Below, one piece after another: positions 10,364 through 18,721 of a DNA stretch of 64,000 nt (position 1 is the stretch's first letter; each line of letters opens with the position of its first letter). The notes beneath the pieces were generated by a model. It searched no databases, was not told where the DNA came from, and worked only from the letters and a program-made list of their open reading frames with translations. Source of the stretch: Candidatus Eiseniibacteriota bacterium (GTDB lineage: Bacteria; Eisenbacteria; RBG-16-71-46); contig CAVSAC010000014.1 in the NCBI GenBank assembly GCA_963725865.1, positions 608,001 through 672,000 of the forward strand, read 5' to 3'. The position numbers and the translations under genes were made by a program.

Positions 10364-10433
10364 CACGGCGCGACCTTCGCGGACCGGCCCGCGATCCGCT
10401 GGTGGTGCGGGAGCCACACGTCCGCGGCCGGCC

Positions 10434-10898
10434 TCATGGCGCCTCCTCGATCAGCCCCTCGCACAGTCGCGCGAGCGCGCGGGCGTCGCCCGGGGGCAGC
10501 CGCCGCCCGGTCTCGCGGTTCACCGCGGCGATCGCCGACTGCATGCGATCGAGCAGCTCGAGCCCCTTGCGGCTGATGCGCGTCACGGAATGCCGCCGGT
10601 CGCTCTCGCCGCGCATGCGCTCCACCAGGCCCTGGCGCGCGAGCCGGTCGATCAGGCGCGTGACGTCCGGCGCCCGCTCGATGAGCCGCGCCGTGATCTC
10701 GCAGCGCGGGTAGCCGTCGGGGTGTCCGCGCAGGATGCGCAGCACGTTGTACTGTCCGCTCGTGATGCCGTGGCCCTCGCACACGCGGTCGAGGCGGCCA
10801 CGGACATCCGCGGCGGCCACCAGCAGCGCGAGGACCGCCTCGTGGGCGGGATTCTCGAAACGGTCTTGTCGCAGGCGGCGCCGCAGGAGGATTCCCAT
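10434..10898 (-). CDS. MarR-family transcriptional regulator
   Basis: GITSGQYNVLRILRG, PDVTRLIDRL..GLVER..DRR winged helix; upstream of dioxygenase and hydrolase genes. Confidence 0.92.
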   Translation of the reverse strand: MGILLRRRLRQDRFENPAHEAVLALLVAAADVRGRLDRVCEGHGITSGQYNVLRILRGHPDGYPRCEITARLIERAPDVTRLIDRLARQGLVERMRGESDRRHSVTRISRKGLELLDRMQSAIAAVNRETGRRLPPGDARALARLCEGLIEEAP

Positions 10899-10917
10899 GG
10901 GCGTATGGATGCGCCAG

Positions 10918-10940
10918 GGCAACGAGTGTTGCCACACATG
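10918..10940. promoter_or_regulatory. Candidate MarR operator
   Basis: GGCAAC-N4-GTTGCC palindrome (10918-10933) overlapping near-palindrome GTGTTGCCACAC (10926-10937), 20 bp upstream of the marR start. Confidence 0.55.
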
Positions 10941-11015
10941 TTCGGCCGGCCGCCCGGCGCGTCCACGGATGCCGCCGCATGGACGCCCAGGGGCGCCCGA
11001 CGCTATGGTGCGGCC

Positions 11016-12740
11016 ATGATCGATCCACGCCGGACCGCGGCGCGTACCGTGATGGCGCTGGTGCTCGCGCTCGCGGCGGCGGTCGCGTGGCGGCTCCACG
11101 CGGACGCCTGGGGCCTGGGCGGGCGCTCTCCGGTGCTCTCCTACGACGCCGCCCAGTACGCCGTGGCGGCGCGGGAGCTGGCCGAGCACCATCGGCTCGC
11201 CACGCCGTTCGCCCTGCCGGTCGAGCTGACGCGCCATGCCCAGCCCCCGTGGCCGCTCGCGCTGGTGCAGCCCGGGCTGGTGATCGCGGAGGCGGCGGTG
11301 TTCGCGGCGGTGCCGGTGAACGCCAGCCTCGGCCCGCGCGCGCTGTGGCGCGCGCACCGTCCGGACCAGCGCGAGTGGCTGGTGCTCATCCTGCCGTTCG
11401 CCTGCTTCATCGCGCTCGCGCTCTCGCTCGGCCTCGCCACCAGCCACCTGCTCGCGCAGATCGCTCCGGAGGTGCCCGATCTCACGCGCGGCGCCGCCGG
11501 GCTGGTGGTGGGGCTCGGGTTCGTGCTCGACCCGGAGGCGCAGCACTTCGCGGTCGGCGGATTCACCGAGCTGCCGTTCACGCTCGCCCTCACCGCGGTG
11601 CTGGCCGGGATCGCGCTCGGGCGCGGCGCCCGGTTCCCGTTCGTGCTCGGACTCATGCTCGGCGTGGCCGGCGGGTTCCGCGGGGTGACCCTTTGGCTGG
11701 CACCCGTGATCGCGCTCGCGGCGGCCGCCAGTGCCGAGCCGGCGGCGCGCCGCCGGGTGTTCATCCGGGTGATGCTCGCCTGGGCGCTGGTGCTGGCGCC
11801 GTGGTGGCTCTACAAGTCGTGGGCGTTCGGCGATCCGGGTTGGGACCTGTCGCGCTGGTCGCTCTGGGACGGCGTCGAGGGCCGCACGTGGTTCTCGATC
11901 TTCCACACCCCCGACCGGCCGGTCTTCCCGAGCGGCGCGGAGGCCCTCGGGCTGCTCGCGGCCAAGCTCGCTCGCAACCTGCCGCGGCTGGTCCTGATGC
12001 TCTCGAACGGCCTCGGCGCGCTGTGGGCCGGTGCCCTGCTGCTCGCCCTCGCGCTGGTGCGCGCGCCGCGCGCCACCCGCGCCGCCGGCTGGGCGGTGCT
12101 GGGCGTGACGTTCGCCAGCCTGGTGGCGGCCGCGCTCAGCGTGCCCCAGCTGCGCTACCTGTTCCCCGCGCGGATCGCCCTCGAGGCCGCGGGGCTGATC
12201 GCGCTGTGGGCGCTGGCCGTGCGTTTCGGCGGCGCGGGCGCACGCGCGACCTCGGTGCGCCTGCTGTGCGTGCTGGCGGCGCTGCTCGCGATCGCTTGGG
12301 GCACGTGGCGCACCGGCCGCGGGCTGGTCGAGGCGCGCGCCGGCTCGGCCGAGCGCGGCACCCCGCGCACCGAGACGCTGATCCAGATCGCGGTGCTCAT
12401 GAACCGCGAGCTGGCGCCGGGCGAGGTGGTGATGAGCAATCTCGGGCCGGTGCTCGCGTGGACCGCGCGCAGGCCGGTCGTGCACCTCGCGCTGACGCCC
12501 GAGGACGTCGCGACCGTGCGCAGGCACCTCGACGTGCGCCACGTGCTGCTGGTGTTCCGCGACGCGGAGCACGCGTGGCCGGGCTGGAGCGAGGTGGTCG
12601 CCCATCCCGAGGACGCGATGCACCAGCCGGAGTGGAACGTGCGGCGCATGCGCCGCTGGGTGAGCGGCGACGGATTCTCGCTGACGTGGCTCGACCTTGG
12701 GCCGCTCGCGCCGGGGCTGGCGGCGCGCGTCACCCCGTGA
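11016..12740 (+). CDS. Polytopic membrane protein, GT-C (ArnT/PMT-like) glycosyltransferase candidate
   Basis: Many TM helices; D-x3-Y-x3-AR motif (YDAAQYAVAAREL) after first TM; TELPF, LAPWW, RYLFP motifs. Confidence 0.65.
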   Translation: MIDPRRTAARTVMALVLALAAAVAWRLHADAWGLGGRSPVLSYDAAQYAVAARELAEHHRLATPFALPVELTRHAQPPWPLALVQPGLVIAEAAVFAAVPVNASLGPRALWRAHRPDQREWLVLILPFACFIALALSLGLATSHLLAQIAPEVPDLTRGAAGLVVGLGFVLDPEAQHFAVGGFTELPFTLALTAVLAGIALGRGARFPFVLGLMLGVAGGFRGVTLWLAPVIALAAAASAEPAARRRVFIRVMLAWALVLAPWWLYKSWAFGDPGWDLSRWSLWDGVEGRTWFSIFHTPDRPVFPSGAEALGLLAAKLARNLPRLVLMLSNGLGALWAGALLLALALVRAPRATRAAGWAVLGVTFASLVAAALSVPQLRYLFPARIALEAAGLIALWALAVRFGGAGARATSVRLLCVLAALLAIAWGTWRTGRGLVEARAGSAERGTPRTETLIQIAVLMNRELAPGEVVMSNLGPVLAWTARRPVVHLALTPEDVATVRRHLDVRHVLLVFRDAEHAWPGWSEVVAHPEDAMHQPEWNVRRMRRWVSGDGFSLTWLDLGPLAPGLAARVTP

Positions 12741-12788
12741 CCCGGATGCGTGGCGCCCGGCGGGGTCCGCCGGCGCCACGCATCCGGG
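12741..12788. terminator. Long GC hairpin between convergent genes
   Basis: cccggatgcgtggcgcc(c)ggcgg-ggt-ccgccggcgccacgcatccggg, about 22-bp stem with one bulge. Confidence 0.6.
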
Positions 12789-12792
12789 CGCG

Positions 12793-15700
12793 TCAGCGCA
12801 GCAGCGCGATGCGGCGCTGGAACGTCTCGCCGTCCGCCGTCACGCGCGCCAGGTAGAGCCCGGCGCCGAGCCGACCACCCCCGCGCGCGGTGCCCGGCCA
12901 CACCAGTTCGTGGCGCCCGGCCGCGCGTTCGCGCGGATCCTCGTGCCAGACCTCGCGCCCCTGCAGGTCGTAGACCGCGAACGTCACGCGCGCGCCGCGC
13001 GGCAGGTCGAGCGTGAACGCGACCCGGTTCGCGGTGGGGTTCGGGCGCGGCGCCGACAGCGCCAGTCGCCCGGGCGGCGCCGTCACGCCCACGCTGCCCG
13101 GGACCACGGTGAGCGGGATCTCGATCGCGTTGTCCGTCTCGTCGGTCTCGCGGCGCGCATGCAGGGTGTCCGCCGTCGCTCGCAGCGTGTAGCTGCCGGC
13201 GCTCAGCGTCGGCGGCACCACCGCGACGACCCGCACGCTGTCCTGCTTCCACACCAGCGTGTCGCCCTGCGCCAGCGTCAGGCCGCCCGCGGTGATCGCC
13301 CAGTGCGAGATCGGCGCGGGCATGCGGCCGGTGTTGCGCAGCCAGAACGCGACCTGCATCGGCGAGTCGGCACCCGGCTGCGCGGGCAGCACCGAGAGCT
13401 GCTGCGGTCGCAGGTTGAGCTCGGGCCACAGGAACACCACCGCGGTGTCGCGCAGCCCGCCCTTGTCCACCACGCTGCACATCACCTCGTACCAGGTGCC
13501 GGTGCCGTCGTCGTGGTTCCCGGCCACGAACGAGGTGCTCGGCAGCGTGGAGGAGTACGTGTCGGGATGGACGTGGTTGTTGTGCCGCAGGTTCACGTCC
13601 CAGCGCGCCACCAGCGAATCGACCGGGTCCTGGGCGTCGCTCACCGTGCGGTTCAGCACGATGGTGTCGCCCTCGACGAACCACGCGTCGGCGAGCGGGC
13701 TGGTGATGACGACGTGCGGCTTGGTGTTGGTGTCGAGCACCGCGTCGCCGCCGCCGAAATCGTCGAACCGCGACGCCTGCGCGTCGAACGTGAGCACGCC
13801 GATGCGCCCGCCGCTGGTGGTGAATGGCCAGTTGCCGGCCGAGCAGCTGCCGAACATCACGCCGTTCTTGTACACCTCGATGGTGCCGTTGGCGTACGCA
13901 CGCGCCCCGAAGCGGTCGCCGGCCGCGAACGACATCGGCCACGAGCCGCGCGGCACCCAGCCGGTGCCGCCGGTGTAGGTGGTGACGGCCACCGTGCCGA
14001 CCGTGACGTCGTAGCGCGCCTCGATGTAGCCGGCGTGCCAGTCGGTGTTCTGCAGCTTGAGCATCAGGTCGTGCTCGGGAGCGCTGGCGCTCACGGTGCT
14101 GAGAGTGACGTAGACCTCCTGCGTGGGACCGAATGCGGTCGGCGTCCACACGCCCCAGGCGTCCTGCGCGGTGGGGGCGAGCCGGTTGGCGTCGACGGAG
14201 AACGCGGGCCCCGACCACGAGGATCCGACCGGACCGTTCGCGCGATTGAAGTCGTCGAGCACCGGGGTCGACGGGAACGCGATCTGCGCCGCCACGATCA
14301 CCTGCACCGAATCGCGGCCGATCGCCCCCGTGGTGTCGGTCGCAGTCAGGACCGCGGAGTAGGTGCCGGGCGCGGTGTACGTGTGCGACGGGTTCGGCAG
14401 CACGGAGCCCTGCTGGTCGCCGAATGCCCACGCGGTGGTGATCGGTCCGCCGTCGGGATCGAACGAGCCGGCGCTCGAGAACGCCACCGCGAGCGGGGCG
14501 AGCCCGACGTCCGGGGTCGCGCTGGCGACCGCGACTGGCGGCCCGCTGGTCGGGCTGCCGCCGCCGTAGCGGATGCGGCGGATCTCGCCGGTCAGGATCG
14601 ACACGTAGACGAGGTCGCCGGTCTGCGGCTCGGTCGTGAAGTCCACCGGACCCTGGAGCGCCTGTCCGAAGTCCTGGATCGAGGTCCATGCGTCGCTGGT
14701 GTCGACCACCGCGGACCGCAGCCAGTTCGCTCCGTAGTCGCCGAAGAAGTAGCGCCCCTGGTACTGCGGCGGATACAGCGCGCCGGTGTAGAAGACGCCG
14801 CCGATCGAGGTGTTGCCGTAGAACCCCGGCGGGACGCTCTGCGCGGCATCGAGGTGGTTCCACGAGGCCGCGGGATCGGAGAACGGGCTGGGATCCCACG
14901 CGGAGCCGACCGAATCGCAGCCGCCGTGGCTCGGGGACGCCGCCAGGTACTCCGGCCGGGTACCGAACCCCTCGTGGCAGGGCCAGCCGAAGTTCTTCCC
15001 GCCGGTGCGCGCGATGTCCATCTCCTCCCAGGTGGACCAGCCGACGTCGCCGAGGAACACCGTGCCGGGGCGCCCCTGAGCGGTGTCCGGCGAGCCGGTG
15101 CCCGGGCGCATCGTGAAGCGGAACGGATTCCGCAATCCGTACGCCCACACCTTCGAGCGCGTCGAGGCCAGATTGCCGTCGGCGAACGGATTGCTGGCGT
15201 AGCCGTGGCCGTTCGCGGGGTTCAGGCGCAGCACCTTGCCGTCGAGGCTGCCGATGAACTGCGAGCGGAACGCACCGATGTCCTCGTACGGATCGCCCAG
15301 GTTCGGCCCGAACAGGGTCGGATCCTGCCCGCCGTCGTCCGTGGTCTCGAAGTGCGCGCCGTCGCCGACGCTCACCATCAGCGAGCCGTCCGCGCCCCAG
15401 CGCAGCGACCCGATGGTGTGCGTCACCGAGCCCACGAGCGGGCCGTCGCGCCAGGTCGTGCCCATCAGGATCGTGCGGCTCGACTCGATCACGGTGTTCG
15501 AGTCGGTGAAGTTGACCTGGTAACGCGCCAGCCGCCCGAACGCGTCCCCGTCGGTGTCCACGTCGTTGCTGTCGGGGTCCACGGTGTAGAGCAGGTAGAC
15601 GTAGTGGTTCACGAAGTAGTGCGGGTCGACCGCGATGCCGAGCAGCCCCCGGTCGCCGTCGTCCAGCACCTCGCTGTCGTGCGCCCACAGCGGGACCGGC

Positions 15701-15936
15701 TGGCGCACGCCGTCCTTGATCACCCACACGCGACCGCGCTTCTCGGCCACCAGCAGCCGCCGGTCGGGCAGGAACGCGATCCCGGTCGGGACCACGAACA
15801 GATCGCCGGGTACGAAGCTCTCGGCGACGAAGTCGGCGGGCAGCTCGACCGCCCGGACCATCGACGGAGCGAGCCACGCGCAGAGCGCAACCGCCATGGC
15901 GGGCGCCACGCGGGCGGCTGACACACGGGGGTTCAC
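12793..15936 (-). CDS. Secreted glucose/sorbosone (PQQ-type) dehydrogenase-like protein with PKD, lectin-like, Ig/CARDB and C-terminal FlgD-Ig domains
   Basis: GTG start with GAGGT RBS; signal peptide; DRGLLGIAVDP, SLDGKVLR, WAYGLRNPFR, GDVGW..WEE, NFGWP; PKD WAFGD..NPSHTYT; C-terminal PNP..VYDLQGR..GLYLAR. Confidence 0.85.
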   Translation of the reverse strand: MNPRVSAARVAPAMAVALCAWLAPSMVRAVELPADFVAESFVPGDLFVVPTGIAFLPDRRLLVAEKRGRVWVIKDGVRQPVPLWAHDSEVLDDGDRGLLGIAVDPHYFVNHYVYLLYTVDPDSNDVDTDGDAFGRLARYQVNFTDSNTVIESSRTILMGTTWRDGPLVGSVTHTIGSLRWGADGSLMVSVGDGAHFETTDDGGQDPTLFGPNLGDPYEDIGAFRSQFIGSLDGKVLRLNPANGHGYASNPFADGNLASTRSKVWAYGLRNPFRFTMRPGTGSPDTAQGRPGTVFLGDVGWSTWEEMDIARTGGKNFGWPCHEGFGTRPEYLAASPSHGGCDSVGSAWDPSPFSDPAASWNHLDAAQSVPPGFYGNTSIGGVFYTGALYPPQYQGRYFFGDYGANWLRSAVVDTSDAWTSIQDFGQALQGPVDFTTEPQTGDLVYVSILTGEIRRIRYGGGSPTSGPPVAVASATPDVGLAPLAVAFSSAGSFDPDGGPITTAWAFGDQQGSVLPNPSHTYTAPGTYSAVLTATDTTGAIGRDSVQVIVAAQIAFPSTPVLDDFNRANGPVGSSWSGPAFSVDANRLAPTAQDAWGVWTPTAFGPTQEVYVTLSTVSASAPEHDLMLKLQNTDWHAGYIEARYDVTVGTVAVTTYTGGTGWVPRGSWPMSFAAGDRFGARAYANGTIEVYKNGVMFGSCSAGNWPFTTSGGRIGVLTFDAQASRFDDFGGGDAVLDTNTKPHVVITSPLADAWFVEGDTIVLNRTVSDAQDPVDSLVARWDVNLRHNNHVHPDTYSSTLPSTSFVAGNHDDGTGTWYEVMCSVVDKGGLRDTAVVFLWPELNLRPQQLSVLPAQPGADSPMQVAFWLRNTGRMPAPISHWAITAGGLTLAQGDTLVWKQDSVRVVAVVPPTLSAGSYTLRATADTLHARRETDETDNAIEIPLTVVPGSVGVTAPPGRLALSAPRPNPTANRVAFTLDLPRGARVTFAVYDLQGREVWHEDPRERAAGRHELVWPGTARGGGRLGAGLYLARVTADGETFQRRIALLR

Positions 15937-16084
15937 GAAGGACCTCGAGGTGTGGGGTAGGAGGCGCAGGCGGTCCCGGGGAGCGTCCCCGGCGGCGACC
16001 ATGCTAGCGCCGGCACGCCGCCAGACGCGAGGAAAACCCGTTCCCGGATCGTGCGCGGCCGGACCGCGTGCGGCCCGGACGAAC

Positions 16085-16540
16085 TCAGGCTGCCGGCGGA
16101 GGGCTCGAGTCGCGGCCGGGGCGCTGCAGGTCGCGCCAGCGCCCGAGGGCGAGCGCGAGGACCTGTCCGCGAGCCTGCGGTTCGCGCGCGGAGGCCTCGC
16201 GTGCGAGCGCGAGCAGGGACGCGATGGTCGCGGGATCGAACACGAGCAGCCAGCCCGCCAGCGCGGTGGCCCAGTGCGTCGGCCACGCGCGCAGGAGGTC
16301 CCACGAGGTCTCCAGCTCCAGGGTGCGCTCGGCGGGCGGCAGCATCCCCTCGGCGGGCAGGATCGCGAGGCTCAGCCGCACGCCCCAGGCGTCGGTCCGC
16401 AGCTCCGCGAGGCGCGCGTGCGCCCACACCTCTCCGCGCTGGAGGACACACTCGGCGCCCTCGCGGGCGCGCACGCGTCCGGCGAGCAGTTCCCGGCGGG
16501 TCCGCGGACGGGTCGCGGGAGGCTTCGGGTCGGAGGTCAT
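16085..16540 (-). CDS. Hypothetical protein
   Basis: Co-oriented ORF filling the gap downstream of mqnC; no family recognised. Confidence 0.5.
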   Translation of the reverse strand: MTSDPKPPATRPRTRRELLAGRVRAREGAECVLQRGEVWAHARLAELRTDAWGVRLSLAILPAEGMLPPAERTLELETSWDLLRAWPTHWATALAGWLLVFDPATIASLLALAREASAREPQARGQVLALALGRWRDLQRPGRDSSPPPAA

Positions 16541-16589
16541 GAGCGGCATCCTGCGGCCTCGGTCGAGGCGGCGCGCGCGCCGCCCGCGG

Positions 16590-17819
16590 TCATCGCGGCG
16601 TGACGAGCGGCAGCCCGCCCGGCCGCATCGTGCCGGACTCCTCGCCCTCGAGCGTCGCCGGGTACTCCGCCGGCCGCTCCCGCAGGTTCTCGACGAACAG
16701 CGGCACGTCGTCCGCCAGCGTGCCGAGCGCCTCCGGTCCCTCCGCCACCCGCAGCACGTGGTAGTGCGTGTCGCGCTGGGCGGGGGTGAAGCCCGACTCG
16801 CGGATCAGCGTCTCGATCTCGGCGATCGTGGTCTTGTTGAGGTGGCCGGTGGCCAGGTGGACGTTCTCCTCGAACAGCGTGCCGCCGAAGTCGTCGGCGC
16901 CGAAGTGGAGCGCGATCTGGCCGGTCTTCTTGCCCTCGCTGAACCAGGTCGCCTGCACGTGGTCGAAGTTGTCGAGGTACAGCCGCGACGCCGCGAGCAC
17001 GCGCAGGTACGTCGAGGCGCCGGCGATCTGCGGCACCTTCGACTCCATCGGCGTGTTGCCGCGCTTGTACGACCACGGCACGAACGCGGTGAAGCCGCCG
17101 GTCTCGTCCTGGAGCGCGCGGATGTAGTCGAAGTGCTCCACGATCTCGGCCGGCGTCTCGACGTGCCCGTACATCATCGTCGCGGTCGAGCGCATCCCGA
17201 CGCGGTGCGCCTCGCGATGCACGTCGATCCACGCCGCCGGCCCGCCCTTCTTGACCGAGATGCGCTGGCGCACCCGGGTGGCGAGGATCTCGGCGCCGCC
17301 GCCCGGCAGCGAGGTCTGGCCGGCCGCGTGCAGCGCCTCGAGCACGCCGCGGATCGTGAGTCCCGACACCTCGGCCATCTGGTGGATCTCGGGGGCCGAG
17401 AAGAAGTGCGGCGTGATGTGCGGGTAGCGCTTCCGCGACTCGCGCACGATCGTGGGGTAGAACTCCCACGGGATCGACGGATTCAGCCCGCCCTGGAGCA
17501 GCACGGTGGTGGCGCCGACCGCGTCGGCGTCGGCCATCATGCGCATCACCCCGTCGACGTCGAAGGTGTACGCGTCCGGGGCGTTCGCGCCCGGCTTGCG
17601 GTAGAACGCGCAGAAGTGGCAATCCACCGTGCACACGTTCGTGTAGTTCGGATTGGTGTCGATGACGTAGGTGACGAGCCGCGGGTCGGTCTTGCGCGCG
17701 CGGACCTCCTGGGCGAGCGCCCCCAGCTCGAGCAGCGGCGCCCGCGTGAGCAGGTAGACGCCCTGCTCGGTGTTCAGCCGCTCACCCCGGGAGAGGGCGG
17801 ATGCGATGGTGGACCACAA
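16590..17819 (-). CDS. mqnC: Cyclic dehypoxanthinyl futalosine synthase (radical SAM)
   Basis: TTG start with AAGGAG RBS; DTNPNYTNVCTVDCHFCAFYR, LLQGG, PGGGAEIL, STATMMYGHVE, LQDETGGFTAFVPW, FGADDFGGTLFEENV. Confidence 0.9.
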   Translation of the reverse strand: MWSTIASALSRGERLNTEQGVYLLTRAPLLELGALAQEVRARKTDPRLVTYVIDTNPNYTNVCTVDCHFCAFYRKPGANAPDAYTFDVDGVMRMMADADAVGATTVLLQGGLNPSIPWEFYPTIVRESRKRYPHITPHFFSAPEIHQMAEVSGLTIRGVLEALHAAGQTSLPGGGAEILATRVRQRISVKKGGPAAWIDVHREAHRVGMRSTATMMYGHVETPAEIVEHFDYIRALQDETGGFTAFVPWSYKRGNTPMESKVPQIAGASTYLRVLAASRLYLDNFDHVQATWFSEGKKTGQIALHFGADDFGGTLFEENVHLATGHLNKTTIAEIETLIRESGFTPAQRDTHYHVLRVAEGPEALGTLADDVPLFVENLRERPAEYPATLEGEESGTMRPGGLPLVTPR

Positions 17820-17936
17820 GGCAGTGGCTCCTTCACAGGCGGGAACGGGCCCAAGGCCCGCGGTGTCGCGATCGGAGCGCGGAGGATACACCGCCGCGCC
17901 GCGACCCGTCGAGACGCGGCGCCGCCGCGCCCGGAC

Positions 17937-18608
17937 TCAACGCTCCACGATCAGGTGGTACCCGCGCCAGATCAGCAGCAGCCCGATGAACTCCATCACG
18001 TAGAGCACCTCGGTCAGGCCCACGCGGGCGAACGACCCGCCGATCCCCGGCAGGATCGCGCCGGCCGCGATCAGCAGGTTGCCCGAGACGAACCGGCTGG
18101 GCGAGCCGCTGCGACGATGGCGGAGTGCGGACCACACCGCCCCACCGATCAGGAACACCACCGCGTAGAGGTTGACCGGCGGCGTCAGCAGGCGGACCCA
18201 CGGCCACGCCATCACCTGCCCGCTGAGGCGGTGCGGCTCCACCCGTGAGACGTCGAGCGGCACCAGCGCGACCAGCACCGCGGCGATCAGCAGGTAGGGC
18301 ACCAGCACCCACGACAGGCGGTTCGCGGTGCGGCGCGCGAGGTGGAAGTAGACCGAGCCCTGGGCCAGCGCCACCGCTCCCAGCAATGCGCCGGTCACGT
18401 ACCACATCCGGAACACCGCGGGGCTCCAGCCCGCCAGCGTCACCACGCTCTCGCACAGCGTGCCGAGCCCGTAGATGTAGATGCCGGCGGCCCACCACGC
18501 CAGGTGCGGGCTGCCCGGCTTCTGGAACGACCGCTGGAGGATGCGCGTGCCGAACCACGCTGCCAGCAGCGTCGTGAGGATCGGAATGTAGCGGACCGCC
18601 TCGGACAT
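17937..18608 (-). CDS. Uncharacterised ~7-TM membrane protein
   Basis: About seven hydrophobic segments; WY..GA.L....LAQG.VY motif; TAGCAT -10-like hexamer upstream. Confidence 0.7.
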   Translation of the reverse strand: MSEAVRYIPILTTLLAAWFGTRILQRSFQKPGSPHLAWWAAGIYIYGLGTLCESVVTLAGWSPAVFRMWYVTGALLGAVALAQGSVYFHLARRTANRLSWVLVPYLLIAAVLVALVPLDVSRVEPHRLSGQVMAWPWVRLLTPPVNLYAVVFLIGGAVWSALRHRRSGSPSRFVSGNLLIAAGAILPGIGGSFARVGLTEVLYVMEFIGLLLIWRGYHLIVER

Positions 18609-18668
18609 GATCGGGGACCTCGAGGGTGACGAGCCGCCGCATGCTACACCGCGTCCGCTCGCACGCGC

Positions 18669-18696
18669 CACGGGCGGCCCCGCAGGGCCGCCCGTG
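18669..18696 (-). terminator. Hairpin at the end of the cytochrome operon
   Basis: Perfect 12-bp stem cacgggcggccc-cgca-gggccgcccgtg, 25 bp past the 42-heme gene stop; no U tract. Confidence 0.5.
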
Positions 18697-18721
18697 ACGA
18701 CGTCTCAGCGCTCGGGGCCCG

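Noticed and set aside
17937..18608. 7-TM protein as the inner-membrane quinol oxidase of the cytochrome locus
   Set aside because: It is separated by a hairpin, has its own -10-like site, and shows no clear paired TM histidines of a cytochrome b
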